From a virus (taxonomy: Duplodnaviria; Caudoviricetes): a stretch of 64,000 bases of DNA. The translations under genes were made by a program, and so were the position numbers. This document shows, in pieces, positions 62,930 through 64,000 of this stretch (position 1 is the first letter of the stretch; every line of letters begins with the position of its first letter). The notes under the pieces are model-generated. The model had not been told where the DNA came from. It searched no databases and worked only from the letters and a program-made list of their open reading frames with translations. Location: positions 1-64,000 of the IMG/VR virus record IMGVR_UViG_3300002091_000027, one strand, 5' to 3'.

Positions 62930-64000
62930 ATGCCTAAGATTACTAAAAACAGTAATCAAAATATCTTAAAGGGTCAAAACGATTTTTTTGAGATTGCTAA
63001 GAACAGTTTACGGGGAGTGAAAGAGATCCCTGATATTGTCACGTTCGCTGAACATGCAAGCTTTCTCAATGGTAGTAAGTTATTCCCACGTCAGAAAACT
63101 CTTCTTCGATTGATGATGCTAGAAACAGAGAACATGACAGAGTATGACTACGCTGTTGTTGAAGAATGGACTAAAGGACTTGATCTTAACGGCGATCGTA
63201 TCGGTGTAAGCCCAGACATTATGGAACGAATAGCTTATCTTAAAGCTAACGGGTATAAACACTTCCGTGAAATTGTGAACATCACAGGCCGTCGTGGTGG
63301 TAAAGGTCACATCGGTGGTATCTTGGGTGCATATAAAAACTGGCAATTACTTATGCTAGATGACCCACAATATCACTACAACATCGATAAGTCTAAGGAC
63401 CTCTACCTATTCTGCGTTGCTACAAATATTGAACAGGCAAAGAAATATCAGTTTGCTGACCTTGCTAACACTATTCTAAATGGTCCATGTTTTCAACCAT
63501 ATATTGCTGACGCTAAAGAACACTTTCTTGCGCTGCGTACTCCTGCTGACGTGAGAAGAATCGCTGCGTTTGAAGCTAGAGATCTAATGCCATCTAGACT
63601 AATTGCATCTGTGCGTAACATGGCTGTGACAAGTAACTCTAAAGCATCTCGTGGTGCTGCGGCTTTTGCTGTTATGTTTGATGAGTTTGCACACATGTTA
63701 GCTGGTACTGGTGGTGCAAGAACATCTGAAGAAGTATACAATGCTATCACTCCTGCTCTTGACCAAATGGGTAAGGACGGTTTAATCTATGTCCCTACGT
63801 CTCCATTTACTAAGATTGGTAAAGCATATAACCTATACGAATCTGCTATGGAAAAAGATGAGAACGGTAATCCATCGTACCCTAATATGATGATGGCACA
63901 GCTTCCATCGTGGGGACCTTACGAAGATTGGGATGACCCAGTCATTACGCAAGGATATACATTCCGAAACTCTCCTCAGAAATATGACGAACAAATGATA
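62930..64000 (+). CDS. terL: Terminase large subunit, 3'-truncated (absent from the ORF track)
   Basis: Open from ATG 62930 to the window end; LFPRQ, ITGRRGGKG (Walker A), CVAT..EQA, SRG, VMFDEFAH (Walker B), TSP. Confidence 0.92.
   Translation, partial: MPKITKNSNQNILKGQNDFFEIAKNSLRGVKEIPDIVTFAEHASFLNGSKLFPRQKTLLRLMMLETENMTEYDYAVVEEWTKGLDLNGDRIGVSPDIMERIAYLKANGYKHFREIVNITGRRGGKGHIGGILGAYKNWQLLMLDDPQYHYNIDKSKDLYLFCVATNIEQAKKYQFADLANTILNGPCFQPYIADAKEHFLALRTPADVRRIAAFEARDLMPSRLIASVRNMAVTSNSKASRGAAAFAVMFDEFAHMLAGTGGARTSEEVYNAITPALDQMGKDGLIYVPTSPFTKIGKAYNLYESAMEKDENGNPSYPNMMMAQLPSWGPYEDWDDPVITQGYTFRNSPQKYDEQMI

Noticed and set aside
244-63750. Minus-strand and nested short ORFs in the six-frame track
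   Set aside because: They lie opposite or inside tightly coupled + strand genes and have no RBS or recognisable motifs; they are shadow ORFs.
40731-64000. Inteins or introns in dnaB, dnaE, recA or terL
   Set aside because: Motif spacing and lengths are normal, with no splice-junction or homing-endonuclease motifs seen.

Overview
This window is part of a large, AT-rich lytic dsDNA phage genome with a contractile tail (myovirus). Every credible gene lies on the + strand. A WhiB gene, a DnaE with an intact PHP site, leaderless promoters and several accessory-gene types point to an Actinomycetota host. The gene set recalls cluster C (Bxz1-like) mycobacteriophages and Rhodococcus E3; this comparison is from memory, not a database search. 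Layout: (1) 1-29354, virion module: fibres, NlpC/P60 lysin, neck, sheath, tube, frameshifted chaperone, tape measure, baseplate; (2) 29391-55819, regulation, replication and recombination: SNF2, WhiB, GT4 glycosyltransferase, tRNA-Arg, HslV-like protease, 5'-3' exonuclease, DnaC, DnaB, primase, SSB, DnaE, RecA, resolvases, sigma-4 protein; (3) 55885-64000, mostly unknown genes, a WYL protein and a DEDDh exonuclease, ending in a truncated terminase large subunit. Best leads: a strong position-specific Ser-Gly enrichment in outward-facing virion domains next to a phage glycosyltransferase (candidate virion O-glycosylation sequon); an Sm/Hfq-like protein plus a long RNA hairpin with an exposed anti-Shine-Dalgarno loop; a LuxC-like ALDH-fold protein lacking its catalytic Cys; and pre-terminase genes sharing an N-terminal aromatic...[KR]-x-A leader (candidate capsid-packaged proteins). 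All calls come from manual motif reading and all counts are hand counts.
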